Shown: one piece after another, positions 23,201-36,593 of the stretch
Numbering within the stretch: position 1 is the stretch's first letter
Layout: every line of letters begins with the position of its first letter
NCBI GenBank assembly: GCA_040954595.2
Contig: CM082591.2
Location: forward strand, 8,174,047-8,238,046
DNA length: 64,000 bases
Direction: 5' to 3'
Origin: Balanoglossus misakiensis
Taxonomy: Eukaryota; Animalia; Hemichordata
The notes under the pieces: generated by a model
The model's input: the letters and a program-made list of their open reading frames with translations, nothing else
Databases searched by the model: none
What the model was told of the DNA's origin: nothing
Program-made: the position numbers and the translations under genes

Positions 23201-26200
23201 AACCTCGAGCTATAGCCTTGCATCCAGTGGAAGGGTGAGTGTAGAATGTCCTCATTGGAATTGTCAGATGTAGGTTCATGTGTCTGTAGAATTCTTGCTG
23301 TGCTTGGCTGTAAATAGACTCTCTCACAGCCCACGGTTCACTACAAGATTCTTTATAACATCTTGCAAACTGATGCACCTTCAAATGTTTAGGAGATGGA
23401 ACATCATTGTATTTCACCGACTCGCAGGCCAAGTTTCACTTTGTCTGTCTGCATGGGCGGTGAGAGAGACTGTGAGAGAGTCTAGGCTGTATTTACTCTA
23501 CAACAGGGTAGGACGATCGTTTGTGCAGACATTGATCAACAAAGACAGCTCCATATCTAGCATCGATGTAATTTTGTTTCAGGATATGATCCAATATGTC
23601 AACCTTGTCATTTTAGCTCCTGTGCTCGTACACATGACCTAAAAATATTCATTGGCCAACAATAGCATGAATGAGAACAGAGAGTATTATTATAATCAAG
23701 TTTATGATATGAAATCATAATTTGCTTTTTTTGTATTACATGTAGAACTATGTACTGGACCGACTGGGGTAGTACTCCAAAAATAGAACGTGCAGCTATG
23801 GATGGGTCAAGTCGCAAAAGCATAGTTGATGAGGGTTTATTTTGGCCGAATGGACTGACCATAGATTATGCAGGACATCGGATATACTGGGTGGATGCAA
23901 AACACCATATCATTGAAAGTGCTGCATTAGATGGTTCCAAAAGACGAGCTGTTATCAGCCAAGGTATGCACCATTAATTATCACGTTTTTGTTTTGTTTT
24001 TCAGCTTAAATTTGTATATAAAATGCAAGTGCGAAATAGCAGGTGTTATATGCAGTAGCAGAATCGCATAACTTGTTACACAAATCGTATCCATTTTATA
24101 TCACTATTGAGTCACAGTGACCATTGCATTGCCTCAGCTCGACATTGACCCTTGACAAGCATCAGTCCTATTTTAGGACAGTTACATACTGCTGCAGAAC
24201 CTTGAAAGTCTCTCTTGCTGCCCTTTTTTCATTAATCATGTTTGATACAAGACACTGTTTATGTTAATGTACATGTGGATATATAGTGAATCAACGTTCG
24301 ATCACACACACAACTTCCATCCCGTTTGTAGGATATGAGAGTAAAAACTCGCCCAAAATGAATAAACGGTAGAGACCGATTATTCATTTTAGTTACTTTT
24401 TCACTCTCGTGTCTACAAGTGGGATGGAAGTTGTGTGTGGTCGAACGTTGATTCACTTTGTACACATGTACACATTAACATAAACGGTGTCTTGTGTCAA
24501 ACATAATGAATAGGAAAAGGGCAGCGAGAGAGAGAGACTTTGTCCCTTTAAGACTAACAATGCATCTGATTTGTTGATTCACAGGTCTTCCGCATCCATT
24601 TGCCATCACTTTGTTTGAAGATTTTATTTATTGGACGGATTGGCACACAAAGAGTATCAACAGTGCAAATAAATTCACTGGGAATGATGTTGAGACAATT
24701 TATACACGTCTTCATTTTCCGATGGATATTCACACTTTTCATCCACAAAGACAACCTGCTGGTAAGTTTTCCGCTTGACAGATTCATAAATCTCAAATTC
24801 TTCGCTATCAAATGACATCAGGCGCGCTCAGGCGGCAGTTACGTTGGCATTCAAATTTCCAGATGACGGGCAACATCAACAACTTGGTGCAGACAAAGAC
24901 TGTGCAGACGAAATGCAATGAGGCTGATGAGGCACCATACCTGATACATGTTACATGTTTCGCGGTTCTAAAGTAAATACATACTCGGAAAAACTTTTAC
25001 TGGATGCTGAAATATTGCTTGCCCGTCATCTGGAAATGACACGCCGTGGGTCACATGGCCAGATCATGAGATGGATAGTAAATAATACAGTCAAACCTGT
25101 CTATAGTGGCCTGTCAAGGGACTTTCCAAAACTGGCCCCCACAGGCACCTTTGACATTAGCCAGGTACCAGTACAGTAAACCTGTGTTAGTGGCCACCTC
25201 TATATAGTGGCCACTTTGTTACAGTCCCTGTGCAATTTACATGTGCATTAATTGACCTGTCTACAAAGGTCACCTGTCTATAAAGGCCAATATTTTTGTA
25301 CCAATTAAATTCCAATTTAAACTTCATTTTGTATCACTACAGCTTTTATGTGGCACTACAGTTAACATGGCGATATTGGGCGCACACAAATCTGACAAAA
25401 AGTACTACGGTAACAATGTCAGTGGAAGTATCAGACTACAGTCACACCTATGTTACCATAGAAATGTGATTTCTTGCAGCAATAAACCAATGTGGAGAAG
25501 ACAATGGCGGCTGCAGTCATCTGTGTCTTCCAAATATGTTCTCCTATAGCTGTGCATGTCCAACAGGTTTTAAGATGTTACCTAATGGTAGAAGCTGTTC
25601 ACCAAGTAAGTTGCATGTTGGTTATACAGCCATTTTCAAATATTAGACTGTTGCCGCCTTAAAGCGCCTAGCTCGTCTCACACTCATGTTCCTACTGTAG
25701 CCGCTGGTTACAGACGTTAAGTGAACAGTCAATCCCATAAGGCAGTGCTCACACAAGATGGCGGCGACCAAAATCTGTGTCGGAGATCGGGAAAAGACAC
25801 TTGCTTGGGTGAAAAGGAGGGACAAAACCAGAATCTACTTATACGGTGCGCATGAAATATGGAAGGAAGCGAAGGCAGTCCACTATTTGAATGCATCGAA
25901 CGGAAAATTTGCTGGGAAGTTACGCGCATGTGTGTGAGACGAGCTACGCACTTTAAATACACATTATAATAATTGCATTCTGGGTAAAAGGTCGACAACT
26001 CACTGTAGTACCGTAAGAGATATGTTAACTGTATTTCCTGACTTCTTTTGGTCAAACATTTCTGTCTTTGTAGTGAGCACATTGACCATACAAATTGATT
26101 TATTGATAAAATACTGTACTCTTATCTATTTCCTTAGCCAATGGAAGACACACTTTTGAGTTACTTTGTGGAGGTTTTAAAACCCATGTGCGATAATTGT

Positions 26201-29200
26201 GTACTCAGAATAAAAGGGTGTGGTACCCTTTCATGATTTTAACTTGTTTACATTTAAAGGGCACATCTTGCCATATATAGACAGACTTTTGACAAGAAAT
26301 TCTGTTTGGACTCAAGTCTTAAATGTTCTTTTATTTTTTCCCTGTCAATAATTATATGTAAAAATTAAAAATGTTCACTGCTTACAAATGATTATGTTCT
26401 TACAGATGATTGTGTAATGTTGTTTTCTTTCCTGGTTTGGATCAAGAGGATTTCAGATAGCCCGGATTTCCAAAATTGTATGGCTTCTATTTACAGTCAG
26501 TAATTACACATTTCCACAACAGAGAACCAGATTATAACAAATCACAATATTTATTTCTTTTACAGGAATTGAGCTGTTTTTGGTGTTCTGTCGGAGAACT
26601 GATATCCGACTAATTTCCTTCGACACTGAAGAGAAAGCAGATACTGTTGTACCCCTTGAAGGTCTGCGAAGTGCTGTTGCATTAGATTGGGACGATAATG
26701 GAGAACATATCTACTGGACAGATGTCACATTAGATACAATAAACAGAGCCAAATGGGATGGTAGTGGACAAACGGTAATGACATTTAAAGCTCCATTTAG
26801 CTGTAACTTTCCGCCATGTTTTTAATGTGTTATGTGTAGTCCTACATTCTTGTTCAAATTCCTGAAACATGATGAAATGCCTGGCATTTAGCTTATCAAC
26901 ATGACATAAAGGTGTATAAATAGCATTGTTTTGTGCAAAATTTGAATTCAAGTCCGGACTAGAATTCATATGTCAACAATAATAATGGCCTTTACACACA
27001 TACAGGCTATGTTGACAAGTGGAGTACTGGGTATATATGAGTATGCTGTTTGGAGTAGAGCAAGAAATAGCATTTGATACACAGAACAAAAATACTGAAA
27101 ATAAAACTAAAAGTTACAGCTAATGTCCCTTTAGTAGAGCTGTCTCTAATAATGAAATTTGAATCATGTTTTGGCTTTAAAAAGCAGTAAATGAAATGAA
27201 ATGAAGGACTTGGTTTGTGCTATACAGGTGCTTGTGGACAGCAGTATGGAAAGCCCAGCTGGTCTGGCTGTAGATTGGGTGACCAGCAAAATCTATTGGA
27301 CAGATGCTGGGACAGACAGAATAGAAGTTGCTAACCTTGATGGTTCAATGAGAAGTGTATTGCTGTGGGAGAACTTGGATAGACCCCGAGATATTATTGT
27401 GGATCCCATTGGAGGGTAAGTACACTCACTACAATATTATATACAGATGTTCACATGGTATGTCCATGACAGGGCTCCAAATTAGCAGTAGTCACATGCC
27501 AACTGACTTCCAATTTTCTCCTTACTGACTACTAACTTTGGAAGTGAGTGTAAAAATCTCGCCAAAATGAATAAACGGTAAACACCAATTATTCATTTTG
27601 GTGAGATTTTCACTCTCGTGTCTACAAGTGGGATGGAAGTTGTGTGTGGTCAAACACTTATTCACTATATATCCACATTTACATTATCATAAACAGTGTC
27701 TTGTATCAAACATAATTAATGGAAAAGGGGCAGCGAGAGAGAGACTTTGTCCCTTTAAGGCTAGAATAATTCCTCATAAGAATTTCAATATGTACGTTGT
27801 CAAATGACAAACTCGACGAAAGTTTTACGATGTATTTTGGTAATGCTTGTTTGAAATAGATACATGTACTGGACTGACTGGGGAGTATCGCCCAAGATAG
27901 AACGTGCATCCATGGATGGATTGAACAGATCAGTGATTATTGGAAGAAACCTGACGTGGCCAAATGGCTTGGCTATTGACTATGATGTGGATAGACTCTA
28001 CTGGGCTGATGCTGGATTGAAAACCATTGAATTCTCAGATCTTGATGGTAGGAATCGAAAGGTATGCGAACAGTTTTAAAAAATCAAGGGTTTCCTGGTC
28101 CTGTGTTGTAGAAATTGATAGGTGTCCATTCGACTGAAAATGTAGAGATCTTGATGTTTAGACTGTTATCAACCAAGAGGAAAATCTTGAGTTGTTTAAA
28201 GATTAACAAATGTGGAAAGTTTCCTTGTGAAATGCCCTATGGTAGAAGTCTTACTAGTCTAGAATCCAGATGTGTATTTCTTGCTATGCTGCACACTCAG
28301 TCTAGCCTTGTTGTCTATTTTTTTTATATTTTGCTGTTTGCATGTCAAGGGACTTCAGCCATGGCAACTCAGGTCACTGATATTGAGCAACATCCCTGCT
28401 CATTAATTCAGCCAATCAGTCGCAGATCAGGTTATTGACTTCTAAGAGGTCACGGTCATGATCACATGGTGAGCAGTGACCTGAGTTGCCATTGTCCTTT
28501 GACATGCAAATAACAAAATTTCAAAAATGAAAACCAGAATGCTAGACTGTGAGTGGAGTGAGAAAAGCGAAAAAACAAAACAAAAAAACACATGAGTGTG
28601 GATTCTTGTCTACACCCAAACCTCTGTTAGTGGTCACCTCTATGTAGTGGCCACTTTGTTTACAGTCCCTGTGCAATTTACATGCACATTAACTGACCTG
28701 TCTATAAAGGCCACCTGTCTATAAAGGCCAGTTTAGGTAAGTCCCTTGACTGGCCACTATACACAGGTTTGACTGTAGCAGGAAAAGCTTCAATTTCACA
28801 CCATTCCTGGACACTACATGAAAGTCTGTACTTGCAGACTAGAGGGATCCTAATATATTTGCCTGGTTTTCCTTCCAGATGCTGATAGGCACTCAACTTC
28901 CTCATCCCTTTGGCTTGGCTCTCTATGATGGTAATATCTACTGGACAGATTGGCAGACGAAAAGTATTCAAAGTGCAGATAAGCTGACTGGACTGAAAAG
29001 AGAAACTGTACGTGCTGACTTGGAAAATTTAATGGATATCCATATGTACAATGCTCACCGACGGACAAGTAAGTAAATTCCTGTTGTTGTAAATCTCATG
29101 CAATATTATGATTAATAGTAATAAAAAATACAATCATGCATCCCACATATCGTCCGTTTTCTACAGCCAATTTTAGTCCAGAACTAGTCACATGGCCATT

Positions 29201-32200
29201 AAATAATTTTCAGGGGAGAATACTGTAAAACAGGAATTTTTTGTGAATGAAATTTTTTGCAAACTACGTGAGAGCCAACAAAATGCGAAAATAAAAAGTT
29301 GCATAAAAATGTTTTTTTTTTAAATAACAGTGCAGTGGAATACGAGAACGCGAAAATTTATTGCCTTGTATCAGTTGCTTCTTTTGATATCGCAAAAATT
29401 TCATTTTGCAAAAATTTCCTGGTTTACAGTATTTTCACAGCATTTTATGTAAGTGAATATACAAGTGGGACTATGTTTGAGGAATGTACGACCCCTAAAT
29501 ACATGACAGTAAGCTGTAGAGTACACCAACTTCTGTGCATGACACATCGCATGCAGAAGTCATGAAGTTCTGTCATATCATTAAAGGTATACGGTCACCT
29601 ATGGAAAATTATCTATAGTTGCCATGGCAAAAGGAGATCTAGCCAGACACAGATTTTCAGTGGGTGGCACACGCGAAAAAAAGAGCGCCACCATATGTTC
29701 TTTACATTGTAGAACCCTCAAATACGCCGTTTCAGCCATATATGGGCGTATGTAAATTGGAAGTGACTGTATACCTTTAACGTTTCATTGTCTATAATGA
29801 TAATGATAAATTGATAAATCTTTCTACTCTTTCAGTGCCATCAATGTGTCAGGTTGACAATGGCGGTTGCAGTCATCTCTGTCTATTGGCTCCACAACCT
29901 AGAGGATATGGTTGCCATTGCCCCACTGGTGTGCTCATGGGGAAAAATGGCAAAACATGTCATCCAGGTTTGTACATGTATAAATACTTGAACACAGACA
30001 TAGACTAAAAAGAAAATACAGTGAAACTTGTCTAATAAGGACACCTCTGGGACCAGAAAATCTGTCCTTAATAGACAGGTGTCCTTTAATGGACGGATGA
30101 TATTCTATTCAAACCATGACTTTTGTCTCACAAAATCTTTCCTCCAAACCCACATCCATTTTTTTCTAAATTGAACCCTTTCGCCATCATGGTTTGATCC
30201 AAATCCATTGTTTTCTATTGTAAGATTGGACCTCTAAAGAGGGAACTGGGAGTGAAAGGGTTAAAAACACCAAGCTGGATTCAAGTTTCTGTATTTCAAT
30301 ACACCTATGGCACAAGTTTATTTCTGTTGTAGGAATGAAGAATTTCTTGATATTTGCTTGTCGTACGGACATCCGGGCTGTGTCACTCGATGTGTCGTAT
30401 TATGCCGATGTGGTCTTGCAAGTTGGAGAAATGAAGAATCCCATAGCCATTGATGTGGATGCTGTAGACGGTAGGTAACACTTCATTTCTGGCAACCATA
30501 TTCTGTCTGTTCCTTGAACCTTGGCTGGGTAACAGTAAAGTTATACATCTTGTTTAGCGTATGCGTTTTCATAAAGAGGGCGCCCTTCCGAAACATGGCA
30601 AAAATGGGGCCAGTAGGCCACAGAGTACTGCCCGAGCTTGTTTAGTTTGTTGTATATACATGCACATGAATGATACAATTTATGTGTAAAACCTACCTTA
30701 CAAGAAAATATGGCTGTTGAAAATCCGACCCAACTACCAGTATAGCAACGATACACAAACATAGCAAAAATCGGCCATCTTGAAATTGTGTCAACCATAT
30801 GAGATTTTTATCACTCACCTAGGTAGCAAGAACCTATTGAAGGTAGTGAGAATTATAAGTAACCATTTCTAATTGCAGGCCTGGTGTACTGGACAGACAG
30901 CGTAACTGATACAATTAAGAGAGCATCCATGGATGGAAAACGCGTGGAAAGTGTAATAACCTCAGGATTAGAAATCACTGACGGATTAGCCGTCGACTCT
31001 GTTGGGCGGAAACTCTATTGGACTGATAAAGGCACCAGTCGAATTGAAGTTTCTAATTTGGATGGAAGTATGCGAAAAGTGTTAATCTGGGAAAATTTGG
31101 ATAAGCCACGTGATATTGCACTTTATTATGATGCTGGGTGAGTGAATTTTATGTCAATAACCTGTCTCTGTTAACATTTTTCACTCAAAATATACCACTG
31201 TAGTATATAATTAGGCTTTATTTCACACTTAGTACAAGTATTTTCATTTGTTTTTCCTCTGTATATGTTGTTGTTTTTTATCAAACAATGAATACTGATA
31301 ATTCTTACTTGGTTGGATGCAATCTGTTTAATATCACTTGTTCAAATTGCAACATACAGTCACAATCAAGCATCGATAAGATGTTCATGTATACCTATCA
31401 GTATGCTTATTTAGATGGACCAATCTAAGTTGGGAGGTAAAATCACGAAAATAAAACAAAAAGTGGCAGTTCTTGGGGCTTTTAAACAAGTGCAGGTTTT
31501 TGCAGCTGCAATGAAATTAACCCGTAGGAGAGGAAACCAAGTTCTGAAGTTTTCTGATGCATTGAGATCTAAATCATTTGTTATTTCTGACATGCAGGTA
31601 CATGTATTGGACTGATTGGGGAACTGCTCCAAAGATTGAACGGGCGTATATGGATGGTACAAAGAGAGAAGTTGTAATCAGCACAAACCTAGGGTGGCCG
31701 AATGGTCTTGCCATTGACAGACCGACACAAAGAATTATTTGGGCGGACGCAAAGACTGAGGTAATGCTTTGTTTTGTCAGTTTCTCTTCTTTGGTTTCTT
31801 CTGTGTATCAATTCATGCATCAGTCCTGCCTGGCATCCAATCATTATCATCAACAACATCATATACATACTGTAAAATGGGCAATTTTTCGCGCGCGGTA
31901 AATTTTCACAAAAATAAAAAAAGCCCCGTAAAAATGTTTTTTGGGGGGAGAAATAACGATGCAGTTAAATACGAGAACCCGAAAATTAATAGTCGCATAA
32001 CAGTTGCCTCTTTTGATATCGCGAATATTTCCTGTCGCGAAAATTTCCTGTTTAACAGTATGTCCAATATCAAGTAACATGCACAGCAGATAGCATGTTG
32101 AATGATATGATCCAATATAGCCACTTGGCACCCATTTTGTTATGTTTTTGATGTCTGGAACAACTTCTCATACATTTCAGCACGAATATTGTACCATGAT

Positions 32201-35200
32201 ACACATCATAGTTACAGGCAATTTATTTCATTCAACCATGATTTCTTCTATTGATTGAGCAGGGACAATTTTATTGACAATGAATTTATATGAGATACAA
32301 AAATAATGCAGTATTTACCCATAGTTAAAATCATTGGTAGAAAAATGCTGACTCAGATTTTTTTTCAATGATCAACTAATTTCACAGTCTTTTCATTTAA
32401 AAACCTGGGATTTTGAAAACAAAAAAGAATCTTAGAGTGCAATTAAAAGGAAAGATATATATTACTTTAATTTTTTTCATTCACTTTCAATTTCGCTGAT
32501 CCTACATAATTGTTGTCATCCACATGTAGTTAATTGAAGCAGCCGGCCTGAATGGAGAAGATCGCGTCACACTTGTGCGAGAAGTGCCTCATCCATATGG
32601 ATTAACCATTGCAGGCAATCACATCTATTGGACAGACTGGTACACTAGAAGTATTCACAGAGCTAACAAATATGATGGTTCAGATCAAATAACTATCAGT
32701 AAAAATATCGCTCGCATGATGAACATACATGCTGTGCAAGTGGGAGAAAATCACGGTAAGATGTAAATTTTTTTTGTCTAAATAGACAAAGTTATGATTT
32801 CAAAATCATAACCCTGTTATGTCCCTTCTTTTCACCCAATTTGCTGTCTTTTCCTGATCTCCGACATAGAGTATGGTTGCCTCCATCTTGTCTGTTGTTA
32901 GGCATTGACTGTATACAATTTTTGTAACCAGAGTCTCTGGTTTGGCACATGAGCATAAGACGATCGTTGCCCTTTAATTTACACCGATATGAAATGATTA
33001 CGAGTGTTATTGATGATCTGTGCAAATGTTCATTCCAGGAACTGATGTATGTGGTCGTGACAATGGTGGCTGTAGTCATCTCTGTCTTCCCAGACCCAAT
33101 GGTTACAGCTGTGCATGTCCTACAGGTCTGAGGTTAAAAGATGATGGATTCAACTGTTATGATGGTAGGTTTTTTTAATCTTGGCACCCGTCTATGGTGT
33201 CATTTTGGGGTCATGTTTATTCTTCAGAAGTCTTGTATAAAAGTCAAATACATGTCACTATATCCCAATTTAGTTAACCAGCTGATTGGAGGTAGGATTA
33301 TTCACAGAATTCTCTGTTACCAATGCATGACCAAAGGACACACTCACACACACACACTCTCTCCCCCTTTTTCTCTTGATCTCTCTCGTTTTGACACACG
33401 TTTGACATTCCTGGACCAGTTCATTCCTTTGATGTATGTGGACTACTTTCTTTAAAGTGACTTTCCTCAATGTTTCCCAATTCTGTTAATCTGTTGTTGA
33501 CAATGAATTATTGAATATTCTTAACAAATGCTGTGTAAATGTGATTCAATATCCTTGAGTTAGGTCTTGAGTGAGTTTATTTCTTGTGGCATCATTTCAG
33601 CTCCAAGCACCTATCTACTCTTCGCAAGTCGTGATAGTATACGTCGTATATCACTCGACACTCCAGACTATACAGATGTAGCACTGGATCTCCCAGACCT
33701 GCACAATGCAATAGCACTTGACTTTGACATCGTAGAGAACAAAATCTATTACACTGATGTATATCTAGATGTCATTAGGTAAGTTTCTCTGTGCATTATA
33801 AGATTATACTGCAAACCAGGAAATTTTCGCACTGAGATTTTTGCGATATCAACAGCAGTGACTATTTTCGCATTCTCTTATTTTACTAATTGTATCGCTG
33901 TTCTTTAAATTTTTCGCGACTATTTATTTTTGCATTGTAACAGCCATTGTTATTGTTGACAAATGAATTATGACCAGGACTTGAATGAATATTTTGCACA
34001 ATAACAATGCTGACTATACACACATAGGTTGTGTTGAAGCTAAATGTTGGGTATTTCATTATATTTCAAGAATTTGAAAAAGAAACTGCAGTAGATACAC
34101 AAAACAAAAAATACTGAATAAATGGTGAAAAGTTAAAGCTAATGGAGCTTTAATGGTGTTCTATTATTTGTCTTTTGGCAGACGAGCTGATTTGAATGGC
34201 AGCAATATGGAAAATGTTATCGACACGGATTTGACCACAGCTGACGGTATTGCTATAGACTGGGTAAATCGAAACTTGTATTTTACTGATACTGGTAGAA
34301 ATAAAATAGAAGTATCCCGACTTGATGGATCATCTAGAAAAATACTGGTATCAGTAAATCTTGACGAGCCCCGGGCAGTTGCTGTGTATCCAAGAAAAGG
34401 GTAAGTATATTCTTCGATGTCAAATGATGTCAGATGCGCTCAGTTACATTGGCATTCAAATTTCCAGATGACGGGCAACTTCAGCAACATGGTGCAGACA
34501 AAAACTGTGCAGACGAAACGCCATGAGGCCGATGAGGCAACATACCTGATACATGTTACGTGTTTGGTGGTTCTAAAGTGAAAACAAACTCATAAAAACT
34601 TTTACTGGGTGCTGAAATATTGCTTGCCCGTCACCTGGAAATGACAATGCCGTGGGTCACATGGCCAGATCACGTGATTGATAGTAAAGAATTGGTATGA
34701 TATTGTACATTGTAGTTACCAGATGTAAATTTGGCTCTGTGGTTTGCAGGGTTTAAGAAAATGTTTCCCATTAGGTTCTTCTTTTACCTCATAAAATATG
34801 TATATACCAGGGTGGTATCTTATGTTAAATATGTCCCTGTGTGTTTGTGTGGGAAATAGATCAGTATAAGTCCAAATATAAGTGATATGTCACACTTGAC
34901 AGTACCAGTTTTATTTCAATGGAAAGTTTTTTTGATTGTTTTTTTTTTCATATATTTTTGCCGGTCAGGTTTATCTTCTGGTCTGATTGGGGAATGCATC
35001 CAAAGATTGAAAGAGCTTGTCTTGATGGATCATCTCGTCGAACATTGATCAACTCAGGTCTTGGTTGGCCAAATGGTCTGGTGGTTGACTATGACTATAG
35101 AAGGTTGTACTGGGCAGATGCTCAACTGGATAAAATTGAGACGTCGGATTTGAATGGAAGAAACAGAGTATTATTGACTGACTTGGTCACCCATCCATTC

Positions 35201-36545
35201 GGACTGACATTGGTAAGTTTTACATGAATCACTGTCACATGAATCACTGTCACATGTATTGTGACAAATAAAAAATCACATCCACATATTTCATTGCTGT
35301 GACTTGTTGACAGAGTTGTCACTGTTACCATATTTTTACTCGACAGAATCCTTTAATCTTCTCCATAGTCTACAAATGACACTATTTTGACTTTGTGGAG
35401 ATTGTGCGCATACCATGATAGTTGTGTACCAGCTCTTTCAATTGGCAGTTGAATAAATGGGTGCGGCACCTGGTGAAAAATGCTGACTCAGCAGTTTTCT
35501 TCTATTATCAGCTAAATTTATGACTCTATATTTCAAAAACTCCTATATTTTATCAGAGATTTTCATTATACATACACAGGATAATCCAAAAGTCAGACAG
35601 TACTTTCAATTTTACTGAACGTACATCCTTAATGTAATTTGTGTTTGATTTCAGTATGGTGATACCTTATACTGGACCGATTGGCAGACCATGGCAATTG
35701 AAACTGTGAATAAACACAATGGAAGGGACAGAAATAGCATTCAGGGTCATATGGAAGGTTTGATGGATATACATATGGTCTCCCCTCTCAGACAACCAGG
35801 TGGGTCATCAACCTGATAATGTTCATTATCAAGTACTTGGAGCCATTTGCCTGTGCAATGTTATGGGGAACAGCGCCCTCACATCTGTGCAATAAATTGC
35901 CATAAGGGACTCGATACTACTGTAAAACGGGTGATTTTCGCGACAGGAAATTTTCGCGATATCAGAAGAGGCCACTGTTACCCGAGTATTAATTTCCGCG
36001 TTCTTGTATTTCACACTTTTTATTTTCACGTTTTTGGGGGGCTCTTGCGTATTTTGCGAAAATTGATTGCTCATGAAAATAACCTGTTTTACAGTATTCT
36101 TGATGTTGTTTGACTTGCAGCTTTCCCAGACAGTCCATGTGCTATAAACAACGGTGGGTGTTCGCATCTTTGTTTAATCAGCCAAGATGGATATGTATGT
36201 GCTTGTCCGGACTACCCTGGAGATGTACCATGTTATACATGTAAGTATAGATGCACTGTGTCCTATTGTAAGTTTATGACCTCACAGAAAGACTATGTCC
36301 AAGTACTGGCCCTTGAGATGCATACAGCTGAAGTTGCTGGAAGACTTACACAAAGAATTCAAGAAACTTGCTTCAGTTGTAATGATATATATGGCTCACT
36401 GAATTCAAATCTTTAATCTTACACTTGTGCAGACCCACAATTGTGCATGTTATACATGAACATGTAATAAATGATTTATCGGTAATAATATGTTGTTGTA
36501 AGACAAATTTGCCTCATGTTGGGTAATTATCATCATCACCATCAC

Positions 36546-36593
<48 letters not shown>
